From: Clostridia bacterium
GTDB lineage: Bacteria > Bacillota > Clostridia > Saccharofermentanales > Saccharofermentanaceae
NCBI GenBank assembly: GCA_024699245.1
Contig: JAILPW010000047.1
Span: forward strand, 9,960 to 73,959
Reading direction: 5' to 3'
Length of the DNA: 64,000 nucleotides
Below the pieces are notes generated by a model. That model had not been told where the DNA came from, did no database searches, and saw only the letters and a program-made list of their open reading frames with translations. The position numbers and the translations under genes are program-made. This document shows, piece after piece, positions 1-8,167 of the stretch; the stretch's first letter is position 1; every line of letters starts with the position of its first letter.

Positions 1-2
1 TT

Positions 3-803
3 ATTCTCGAAAAAGGATCGATACTCATCCTCAGACCAAATACCGAGCATGCAGTAAAAGTCATCTCCGGACAGGCTGATATGTTCGTACTGTATTTCGG
101 TTTCTCGAGAGACATCGAGGTTGCCGGAAAAGCGATAAATCAGATGAGCCAGCCTAAGGTCGAAAGCACCGATAAGCCTCATAGCGGTCCGTCGGTTGCA
201 GTTCCTTACATCATGGCCCAGACACCGCTCGAAAACTTTTTGGACTTCGCATCCAATGACGGTGATGGCGATCCTTCAAAGAGCAAGTACATCATCATCT
301 CCGGTGCATACAAAAAGAACATCACATCCATCGTTGAAAGGATCGTTGAAGAAAGCAAGAGCCAGCTCCTCAATAAAGAGCTCATGATGCAGATATTGAC
401 AGTCGAATTGATGGTCACTCTCGCAAGAGCCATGAAGAGCGAATGGGAGGAGAGCTTACGAGTAAAGAACGGTAAGGCAAGAGAACTCGTTCTCATCGCC
501 AAGGATTATATCGACAGAAACTTCGACCGCGGAATCTCCGTTGCGGATGCAGCTTCCTACGTATTCTTAAGTCAGGGATATTTCACGAGAGCATTTAGAG
601 ACGAACTTCTCATAAGCCCGATGTCATATCTTATGAAAAAGAGGATCGAGAGAGCTTGCGAGCTTTTGGAAAATAACGAGATCAAGGTTTCCGGTGTAGC
701 AGCACAGACAGGCTTCTCGAGCCCGCAAAGATTTAATGTCGCTTTCAGAAAGCAGACAGGCATGACTCCGATGGAGTACAGAAGAAAAAAACAGAATCTA
801 TAA
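3..803 (+). CDS. AraC-family transcriptional regulator (5' end lies outside the window)
   Basis: Frame is open from base 3 (ILEKGSILILRPNTEHAVKV, cupin-like N-terminal domain); C-terminal AraC double HTH (YLSQGYFTRAF...IERACELL...GFSSPQRFNVAFRKQTGMTPMEYR). Confidence 0.9.
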   Translation: MLEKGSILILRPNTEHAVKVISGQADMFVLYFGFSRDIEVAGKAINQMSQPKVESTDKPHSGPSVAVPYIMAQTPLENFLDFASNDGDGDPSKSKYIIISGAYKKNITSIVERIVEESKSQLLNKELMMQILTVELMVTLARAMKSEWEESLRVKNGKARELVLIAKDYIDRNFDRGISVADAASYVFLSQGYFTRAFRDELLISPMSYLMKKRIERACELLENNEIKVSGVAAQTGFSSPQRFNVAFRKQTGMTPMEYRRKKQNL

Positions 804-822
804 GTTAAAGAAGGTATGAAAA

Positions 823-1446
823 ATGTACGATTACAATTCTGATCCAAGGATCCCTGAGGAAAGCTTGAAGAATATGGATCTTCCTAAGATCGAATCAGCC
901 GTAAGGCAGATCCTGGAAGCTATCGGTGAAGATCCGGACAGGGAAGGCCTTCAGGATACACCTGTAAGGGTAGCAAGAATGTATGCGGAGATATTCGCAG
1001 GACTTCACAGAGATATCAACAAAGATATCAAGACGTTTACCGAAGAAGGTAACGACGAGATGATCCTCATCGGTGATATCCCGTTCTATTCCATGTGCGA
1101 GCATCACCTGCTTCCTTTCCACGGAAAGGCTCACGTCGTATATATCCCGCGTGACGGTAAGATCCTGGGACTTTCGAAGGTTGCAAGGATCGTTGATACT
1201 CTTTCCAAGAAGCCTCAGCTTCAGGAAAGACTCACATCCGAGATCGCAGATGAGATCATAAGGGCTGTCGATGCAGCTTCAGTATGTGTTGTTATCGAAG
1301 CTGAGCACCTGTGCATGACGATGAGAGGTATCAAGAAGCCTGGTTCAATGACAGTAACTTCCGCTATGCGAGGCGGCTGCCGTACAGACGCGAGAACAAG
1401 AAACGAAGCTCTTGCTCTCATCAACAGACAGCGTATCGGAGGCTAA
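823..1446 (+). CDS. folE: GTP cyclohydrolase I
   Basis: [35 protein letters not shown] motifs. Confidence 0.97.
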   Translation: MYDYNSDPRIPEESLKNMDLPKIESAVRQILEAIGEDPDREGLQDTPVRVARMYAEIFAGLHRDINKDIKTFTEEGNDEMILIGDIPFYSMCEHHLLPFHGKAHVVYIPRDGKILGLSKVARIVDTLSKKPQLQERLTSEIADEIIRAVDAASVCVVIEAEHLCMTMRGIKKPGSMTVTSAMRGGCRTDARTRNEALALINRQRIGG

Positions 1447-2262
1447 ATGAATACCTGGAAGATTAGGAACGGTCATATCGATCTTGCGGGTATTCCGGTA
1501 GTCATGGGTATCCTTAACGTGACACCTGATTCTTTCTCTGACGGCGGCGATCATAATGACATTTCTTCCGCTTTGAAGTGGACCGAGAAGATGGTCAGTG
1601 AAGGCGCCAAGATAATCGATGTCGGAGGCGAGTCCACAAGGCCGGGCTCCGTTGAGATAACCGCAGATGAAGAGATCGGGAGAGTAGTTCCCGTAATCGA
1701 GAGGATCGCTTCCGAGTTTGACGTTAAGATCTCCGTTGATACCTACAGAGCCAAAACGGCGGAAGAGGCTTTGAAGGCAGGCGCACATATCGTAAATGAC
1801 GTATGGGGTTTTCGAAGAGAACCGGAGATAGCAAAGATCACACAAAGATACGAGGCAGGCGCGGTACTGATGTCCAATGCTTTCGGTTATGAGTACGACG
1901 ACATCATAAGTTTCAAGAACGGCTGCTACGAGAAGTCTCTTAAGATCGCTCACGATGCGGGCATCACGGATGATCATATCCTTCTTGATCCGGGCGTCGG
2001 CTTCGGAACCACCAGGGAAGATGACATAAGTCTTATGAGAGAACTTGATAAGTACGATAATATCCTTCTCGGTGTCTCTCGAAAAAGAATAGTGGATTAC
2101 CTTTTGGGAGGTGACACTAAGCCGAAGGAAAGGACCGCAGGTTCTGTGGGACTTGCTCTGGCAGGTGCCGCAAAAGGAGTTAAAGTTATCCGCGTTCATG
2201 ACGTAAAAGAAACGGTAGATGCACTTAAAGCCTATAGCAAAGTAATGAGGGAGGATTTCTAA
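1447..2262 (+). CDS. folP: Dihydropteroate synthase
   Basis: MGILNVTPDSFSDGG, IDVGGESTRPG, DPGVGFG, SRK, RVHDV motifs. Confidence 0.97.
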   Translation: MNTWKIRNGHIDLAGIPVVMGILNVTPDSFSDGGDHNDISSALKWTEKMVSEGAKIIDVGGESTRPGSVEITADEEIGRVVPVIERIASEFDVKISVDTYRAKTAEEALKAGAHIVNDVWGFRREPEIAKITQRYEAGAVLMSNAFGYEYDDIISFKNGCYEKSLKIAHDAGITDDHILLDPGVGFGTTREDDISLMRELDKYDNILLGVSRKRIVDYLLGGDTKPKERTAGSVGLALAGAAKGVKVIRVHDVKETVDALKAYSKVMREDF

Positions 2263-2263
2263 A

Positions 2264-2632
2264 ATGGATTGCATAATCATGAGGGACATGAAGTTTACGG
2301 GGTATGTCGGTTGTCTTGAATCCGAGAAGCAGAACGGACAGCCGTTTATCATTACCTGCGAACTTTATTTCGACCCGACCATCGACGGATGCTATACGGA
2401 TAAGATCGAAGATACCGTGGATTACTCGGTTGTTTTCGATATCATAAAAGACACTGTTGAGGAAGCTGACTGTGACCTCATCGAGCGTCTTGCACAGATG
2501 ATCGCGGAAAAGGTCCTTGCATTTGATACAAGGATCAAAAAGACGGTCATCAATGTTTCAAAACCTGAAGCTCCCATTGCGGGAACGTTCGGTTCTATGG
2601 AGGTTCGGATTGAAAGAGAAAGCCACAGCTAA
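2264..2632 (+). CDS. folB: Dihydroneopterin aldolase
   Basis: GCLESEK..GQPF, DTVDYS, LIERLA, KPEAPI; position in fol operon. Confidence 0.93.
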   Translation: MDCIIMRDMKFTGYVGCLESEKQNGQPFIITCELYFDPTIDGCYTDKIEDTVDYSVVFDIIKDTVEEADCDLIERLAQMIAEKVLAFDTRIKKTVINVSKPEAPIAGTFGSMEVRIERESHS

Positions 2633-3083
2633 ATGCTACATGTCCCTGGGAAGCAACATGGGGGACAAGGAGGAGAACTTAAGAAGCGCGGTAAGGCTTC
2701 TTAGGGATTCCGGAAGGATAAGCGATATCAAGGCTTCGTCTGTCTACGTGACAGAGCCTGTGGGATATGCAGATCAGGATGATTTTTATAATATCTGTAT
2801 ATCTTTTGCTACCGATCTTAAGCCTCTCGAACTTCTGGATCTGGCCCAGAGTATAGAAGCGGAGCTTCACAGAGTAAGGACTATCAAGAACGGTCCGAGG
2901 ACCATAGATCTTGATATTCTCTTATATGGTGACGAGAAGATAAAGAGCAAAAGGCTGATAGTTCCTCACGAGAGGATGTTTGAGAGGGCGTTCGTTCTGA
3001 TCCCTCTGTCGGAACTTAAGGATATCGATGTTCCGATACCGACGGACAAGAGTGTCAAAAAACTTCGAAAGTTTACGTTTTGA
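2610..3083 (+). CDS. folK: HPPK (2-amino-4-hydroxy-6-hydroxymethyldihydropteridine diphosphokinase)
   Basis: SLGSN, YVTEPVG, GPRTIDLDILLY, PHERM.ERAFVL; start re-assigned to TTG 2610 behind GGAGG (2599-2603). Confidence 0.95.
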   Translation: MKEKATAKCYMSLGSNMGDKEENLRSAVRLLRDSGRISDIKASSVYVTEPVGYADQDDFYNICISFATDLKPLELLDLAQSIEAELHRVRTIKNGPRTIDLDILLYGDEKIKSKRLIVPHERMFERAFVLIPLSELKDIDVPIPTDKSVKKLRKFTF

Positions 3084-3132
3084 CCTTATGAATATATAAT
3101 CTTTATGACCAAGAAGTGTTTAGGAGGAGAAA

Positions 3133-3537
3133 ATGGCTGAAAATAACAATAATCAGGCATCCGGAAATAACAACTACCAAAAGGGCGGCAGAAACAACTA
3201 CAGAAGAAGGAATAACAGAAACCGCCACAATAATAACGGCGGCAATAACGAGAACCGTTCAAATCAGGCGCCGGTAAATAAGGAAAATGCACCTTCCCAG
3301 AATAAGGAAGGCGGTAACAACAATAACTTCAGAAGAAACAAGAACTTCGGAAACAACGACCGTAAGAAGAACTTCAACAACAATAACGACGGTTACAGGA
3401 ACAAGCAGTACAAGGATGCTCCGAAGCCGGCTCCTAAGGCAGAAGAGACAATCGACGATATCCATAAGGACATCGAGCGTATCGAGAAAGAGATCTGGCT
3501 CGAGATCGCCGATATCCGTAACGTCAAGCTTGATTAA
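3133..3537 (+). CDS. Hypothetical protein, Asn/Arg/Gly-rich low-complexity N-terminus with predicted helical C-terminus
   Basis: Strong RBS AGGAGG; 134 aa; C-terminal EETIDDIHKDIERIEKEIWLEIADIRNVKLD. Confidence 0.85.
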   Translation: MAENNNNQASGNNNYQKGGRNNYRRRNNRNRHNNNGGNNENRSNQAPVNKENAPSQNKEGGNNNNFRRNKNFGNNDRKKNFNNNNDGYRNKQYKDAPKPAPKAEETIDDIHKDIERIEKEIWLEIADIRNVKLD

Positions 3538-3551
3538 GAGAGGTCGCCGTT

Positions 3552-4172
3552 TTGAACAGAGGACTTTTCATTACATTTGAAGGAATAGACGGATGCGGCA
3601 AGAGCACGCAGTTTCAGATGCTCAAGGAGTATCTGGAGTCAAAGGGCGTGGACTTTCTTGTTGTCCGTGAGCCGGGCGGAACCGTCATCGGCGAGAAGAT
3701 AAGAGAGATACTTCTAAATAAGAAGAATGACAGTATGCGTCCGTTGACCGAACTGCTCCTTTTCGAGGCAGCCAGGGCGCAGATCACGGAGGAAGTCATA
3801 AGACCTGCTCTCGAGAAGGGCACGTGTGTTCTTTGCGACAGGTTCTTTGATTCCACATATGCCTATCAGGGCTATGCTCGAAAACTCGGCGCAGAGAAAG
3901 TCCTGATGCTCAACGACCTTGCCACGGCAGGTCTTGAACCTGATATCACGTTCCTTATCGATATTCCTGTCAGCGTAGCTCTCGAGCGCAGAGGCATAAG
4001 AGGCGAAGCTGACGACAGGCTGGAAGCGCTGGGAACAGCTTTTCAGGAAGATGTACGTAAGGGATACCTTGAGGCAGCGGAAAAGTTTTCGAGGATCAAG
4101 GTCATCGACGGAAAAGACGAACCTTCCGTTGTTTTCGAGAAGGTAAAGAAAAATTACGAGGAATATAAGTGA
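3552..4172 (+). CDS. tmk: Thymidylate kinase
   Basis: FITFEGIDGCGKST, REPGGT, DRFFDSTYAYQG; TTG start. Confidence 0.97.
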   Translation: MNRGLFITFEGIDGCGKSTQFQMLKEYLESKGVDFLVVREPGGTVIGEKIREILLNKKNDSMRPLTELLLFEAARAQITEEVIRPALEKGTCVLCDRFFDSTYAYQGYARKLGAEKVLMLNDLATAGLEPDITFLIDIPVSVALERRGIRGEADDRLEALGTAFQEDVRKGYLEAAEKFSRIKVIDGKDEPSVVFEKVKKNYEEYK

Positions 4173-5194
4173 GTTTTCAAAGACTTACAGGACAAAATGA
4201 GATAAAGATCCGTCTGAAGCACGAGTTCCTGGGCGACCCGAGTCACGCAGTGCTCTTTACGGGTGAGAAAGGAAGCGGCCGTCACGAATTCGCCAAAGAG
4301 TTCGCGAAGGCTCTTTTGTGTTCTTCACCGACTGACGACGGTGCCTGCGGAAAGTGCAACAACTGCACATATTTTGACGCAGAGACCCATCCTGACTTCA
4401 TCCATCTTTTTGATCCGAATAAGAAAGCGATCAAGGTCGAGGATGTTAGAAACAAGGTCGTCTCTGATATAAGGATCGGATCTCAGATATCAAAGCGTAA
4501 GGTCTACCTTATCGAAGGTGACGAGCTTAACGAGGCAGGTCAGAATGCGCTTTTGAAGTCTTTGGAGGAGCCGCCGGAAAATATCAACTTTATCCTTATC
4601 TGCGAAGAGGCTGACAGCCTTCTTCCGACCGTGCTCTCAAGAACCGTGGAGTATAAGCTTCAGAACTATACAAAATCTGAGATCATGGAAGTTCTCCAAA
4701 AGAAGAACAAGGAAGAATTCAACGGCAAGTTCAGAAAAAGTGATCTCGAGTTCACCTGTGACTTCGCGGCTGGCTCCATCGGCAAGGCCGTAGAACTTCT
4801 GGGTGATGAAGAATTGCCCGTCATGAGAGATAAGATGATTGACCTTGTAATGAATATCGGTAAGGAAAGCTACACGGATGTGCTGGATGACAGATATTCG
4901 TATTTTACCTCAAATACTGATAATATAGAGGAACTTATGCTCTTTATCATCTGGATATTGGGAGATCTCAGTATCCTTCGTAAGGATAGGAAGAGCAAAT
5001 TTATAAAAAATTCCGACCGCAGGGATGAATTCCTGAGATTTCTGGATTCCAACCCTTCGATCGATCTTAATAAGCTGGCCAAGGCATCGGGGCACGTTAA
5101 CACGGTCTTCAAGCGACTTGAACTGAATGTTAATAATATCTATGTGTTTACCGACCTGCTCCTGGGCCTTAAGAAGGAGTTAAAACATGACTAA
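4169..5194 (+). CDS. holB: DNA polymerase III delta' subunit
   Basis: Zn motif C..C..C, THPD, QNALLKSLEEPP, LLPTVLSR; follows tmk. Confidence 0.93.
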   Translation: MSFQRLTGQNEIKIRLKHEFLGDPSHAVLFTGEKGSGRHEFAKEFAKALLCSSPTDDGACGKCNNCTYFDAETHPDFIHLFDPNKKAIKVEDVRNKVVSDIRIGSQISKRKVYLIEGDELNEAGQNALLKSLEEPPENINFILICEEADSLLPTVLSRTVEYKLQNYTKSEIMEVLQKKNKEEFNGKFRKSDLEFTCDFAAGSIGKAVELLGDEELPVMRDKMIDLVMNIGKESYTDVLDDRYSYFTSNTDNIEELMLFIIWILGDLSILRKDRKSKFIKNSDRRDEFLRFLDSNPSIDLNKLAKASGHVNTVFKRLELNVNNIYVFTDLLLGLKKELKHD

Positions 5195-6110
5195 GATAGT
5201 AAACGTCCGCTTTCATGATGCGGGTAAGAGCTACAAGTTCTCCTGCGAGAACATGAAACTCAACATCGGTGATGCGGTAATGGTCGAGACCTCTTTGGGA
5301 CTCGATCTGGCACATGTTGTTGAGGAAGCTTATGACCTCGACACCAAGAACTTCGAAGAGGAGATCCTTCCGATCCTAAGACTTGCTTCCGATAAGGAGA
5401 TAGAGAGATATCAGGTCAAGAAGGAGAAAGAAAAAGAGGCATACGAGAAGTGCCAGATGTTCATCGACAAGCATAAGCTCAACATGAATCTGGTCGATGC
5501 GGTATTTGCTTTTGACGGCAAGAAGATCGTGTTCTTCTTCACATCAGATAACCGAGTAGACTTCCGTGAACTTGTAAAAGATCTCGCGGCAGCTTTCAAG
5601 GCAAGGATCGAACTTCGTCAGATCGGTTCCAGAGACCAGGCTAAGCTCGTCGGCGGTATCGGCGTCTGCGGCAGGGAGCTTTGCTGCTGCACATTCCTCG
5701 ATCACTTCGCTCCTGTATCGCTTCGTATGGCAAGAGATCAGGGCCTGTCACTTAACCCGACAAAGCTCAACGGTTCCTGCGGACGTCTCATGTGCTGCCT
5801 TCAGTTTGAGAAAGAGGCTTATGAAGATGCTCATAAGAGACTTCCGAAAAACGGCAAGAAGATCAGAACGCCTCACGGAACTGGTATCGTTTCAGATGTT
5901 AACCTTCTTCTCGAGAAAGTTACCGTTAAGTTTGAGACAGAGGAAGAGACTGAAGTCGAGGTTTTCGATTGGGCACAGCTTGAGCCTTTGAACAGTCACA
6001 TGAATGACTCCGAGAAGTCCTGCGGCAACTGTCCTAATCCTTGCCCTTCTAAGCAACAGATGAACGATGATGCAATCATCATAGAAGACGATCCGGAAAA
6101 CGATCTTTAA
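5187..6110 (+). CDS. ricT: PSP1/RicT (YaaT) family protein
   Basis: RVDFRELVKDLA, RIELRQIG, CGRELCC, LNGSCGRLMCCL; tmk-holB-yaaT synteny. Confidence 0.92.
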   Translation: MTKIVNVRFHDAGKSYKFSCENMKLNIGDAVMVETSLGLDLAHVVEEAYDLDTKNFEEEILPILRLASDKEIERYQVKKEKEKEAYEKCQMFIDKHKLNMNLVDAVFAFDGKKIVFFFTSDNRVDFRELVKDLAAAFKARIELRQIGSRDQAKLVGGIGVCGRELCCCTFLDHFAPVSLRMARDQGLSLNPTKLNGSCGRLMCCLQFEKEAYEDAHKRLPKNGKKIRTPHGTGIVSDVNLLLEKVTVKFETEEETEVEVFDWAQLEPLNSHMNDSEKSCGNCPNPCPSKQQMNDDAIIIEDDPENDL

Positions 6111-6189
6111 TTGTTACAAATTGTTCTTATTTTCGGACAAGAATAGTGTATAATGAGTTTGTGCAAAAATACTTCAGGAGGTAATGTCT

Positions 6190-6360
6190 ATGGCTTATGT
6201 AATTTCTGATGCATGCATTTCTTGCGGCACATGCGCTGAGGGATGCCCAGTTGGTGCTATTTCCCAGGGAGATACACAGTACAACATCGATGCTTCTGCT
6301 TGTGTAGAGTGCGGTGCTTGTGAGGCTAACTGCCCGGTATCTGCAATCGCAGCTGAGTAA
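6190..6360 (+). CDS. 2[4Fe-4S] clostridial-type ferredoxin (56 aa; absent from the ORF track)
   Basis: MAYVISDACISCGTCAEGCPVGAISQGDTQYNIDASACVECGACEANCPVSAIAAE: two CxxCxxCxxxCP motifs; RBS AGGAGG. Confidence 0.97.
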   Translation: MAYVISDACISCGTCAEGCPVGAISQGDTQYNIDASACVECGACEANCPVSAIAAE

Positions 6361-6381
6361 TCAAGAGAAAGCTAAAAAACG

Positions 6382-6411
6382 AGGACTGTCTCTATGGAGG
6401 CAGTCCTTTTT
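6382..6411 (+). terminator. Intrinsic terminator after ferredoxin
   Basis: AGGACTGTCTC-tatg-GAGGCAGTCCT-TTTT. Confidence 0.85.
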
Positions 6412-6434
6412 AGTATCAGACGGAGGAAAGGGTA

Positions 6435-7265
6435 ATGGACGAGGTTAATAGTATCCTGGAAAAGTGCACGCTGGAAGACCTGGAACGCGCAGGCCTTAAG
6501 ATGTACCAGCTCAAAGACGGTTTCAGGTTCGGAACCGACAGTGCTCTTTTGGCCTGGTTCGCATCTTCCTTCGTCCGCAGCGGCACATCAGGTAACCTCG
6601 GCAAAGTCACCGCCAAGCCATGCAAAGTCTTAGAACTCGGAAGCGGCTGCGGCGCCTGTTCGCTCCTCATACTCGGAAGGAAAGAACAGACAACTATTGA
6701 CGCCGTGGAACTTATGAAGGCACCTTATGAGGTCCTTCTCGAAAACATTAAGCTCAACGATCTCGGAAAGAGATTGAACGCATATAACTGCGATATCCGC
6801 GAACTGTGTCCTGAAGTAAAGAATAAGCAGTACGATATCGTGGTCTTTAACCCACCGTTCTTCCTTAAGGAAAGAGGAACGGCGGCATCCGAAGAAAAAT
6901 CCATCGAGCGTCTTAACGGCCGTTTTGAAGAAAACGGCAGCCTTCAGGATTTCGTTGATTGCGCTGCCTCCAGAGTCATTCCGTCATCAGGCTTCGTCGT
7001 GATGATCATGAAGGGCAACCGCCTCAAGGACTGTCTGGAAGCCTTTTCGAGAGCGGGAATAACACCTGAAAGACTTCTTACGGTCCACTCTTTTTCGGAT
7101 AAACAGGCTTCCATGATCCTTCTTGCAGGTAAAAGAGGAGTCAAGAGCACGGAACTTAAGATCTTGCCGCCACTGATCCTCAACGAGAAAACAGAGGGCG
7201 GATCTGAGATGACGGAGTACGCCAAACACATATATAACGACCCTCACGACGATTGTTTTATTTGA
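6435..7265 (+). CDS. tRNA1(Val) A37 N6-methyltransferase family (YabB/TrmN6-like)
   Basis: YQ...GFRFGTDSALLA, VLELGSGCG, FNPPFF; position before rsmI. Confidence 0.85.
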   Translation: MDEVNSILEKCTLEDLERAGLKMYQLKDGFRFGTDSALLAWFASSFVRSGTSGNLGKVTAKPCKVLELGSGCGACSLLILGRKEQTTIDAVELMKAPYEVLLENIKLNDLGKRLNAYNCDIRELCPEVKNKQYDIVVFNPPFFLKERGTAASEEKSIERLNGRFEENGSLQDFVDCAASRVIPSSGFVVMIMKGNRLKDCLEAFSRAGITPERLLTVHSFSDKQASMILLAGKRGVKSTELKILPPLILNEKTEGGSEMTEYAKHIYNDPHDDCFI

Positions 7266-7306
7266 TGGTATAATCATCAGAGATTTTAGAAACAGAGGTA
7301 TTTGGA

Positions 7307-8134
7307 TTGCTTTATCTGGTAGGAACACCGATAGGAAATATGGGAGATGTCTCGGACAGAGCCAGAGAAGTCTTTGGCTTTGCGGATTTGGTCGCATGTG
7401 AAGATACCAGAAGGACAGGACTTCTTCTTTCCAATCTCGGGATCAAAGCAAATCTTTTTTCTTATCACGAACATAACAAAGCAGCCAAAGGTCCGGTCCT
7501 TATAGGTAAGCTCAAGGAAGGTCAGAACATCGTTTTGGTTTCCGACGCGGGAATGCCTTGCATCAGCGACCCGGGCTCGGATCTCGTTAAGCTCTGTATA
7601 GAAGAAGATATTCCGGTAACGACTGTTCCGGGACCTGTAGCAGCGATCACTGCTCTTGTTCTAAGCGGTCTTGATACCAGATATTATCATTTTGAAGGTT
7701 TTATCCCTGTTCCTGCCAAAGAACGTAAGGAGAGGCTTGAGGCCCTCAGATCCTATAACGAGACTATCATCATTTATGAGGCACCTCACAGGCTCCTTAA
7801 GACCATAGATGACCTTTGTGAGGCAGGCTTTTCGGGAAGTAAGGCTGCTTTTTGCAGGGAACTTACAAAAAAATACGAACAGGTCGTAAGGCTTCAGATG
7901 TCTGAGGCAAAAGATTATTTTACCGAGACACCTCCAAAAGGCGAATTCGTTATCTGCTTAGAACCAACGAGCGAAAAGGATACCGGTGAGACTCAAGATA
8001 TAGACATTGAAGCTATGGCCAGAAAGTTCCTCGATGAGGGATGTTCCACAAAAGAAACTGCAGCTAAACTTGCAAAACTTACAGGTAAGAGCAAAAAAGA
8101 ACTGTACTCATATACCCTGAATCTGATAAAATAA
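7307..8134 (+). CDS. rsmI: 16S rRNA C1402 2'-O-methyltransferase
   Basis: LYLVGTPIGN, ACEDTRRT, VSDAGMPCISDPG, YEAPHR, CRELTK. Confidence 0.96.
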   Translation: MLYLVGTPIGNMGDVSDRAREVFGFADLVACEDTRRTGLLLSNLGIKANLFSYHEHNKAAKGPVLIGKLKEGQNIVLVSDAGMPCISDPGSDLVKLCIEEDIPVTTVPGPVAAITALVLSGLDTRYYHFEGFIPVPAKERKERLEALRSYNETIIIYEAPHRLLKTIDDLCEAGFSGSKAAFCRELTKKYEQVVRLQMSEAKDYFTETPPKGEFVICLEPTSEKDTGETQDIDIEAMARKFLDEGCSTKETAAKLAKLTGKSKKELYSYTLNLIK

Positions 8135-8167
8135 ACTTTAGCATTGCTTGTTAGGGGAGTCACAAAA

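Noticed and set aside
1345-2352. 335-aa minus-strand ORF antisense to folP
   Set aside because: Shadow ORF of a well-supported gene; no recognisable motifs or RBS
2517-2609. ORF-track N-terminal extensions of folK (also SDR 13420, dinB 42284, ruvX 56717, HPr-like 54966)
   Set aside because: Better RBS-supported downstream starts match the family N-termini
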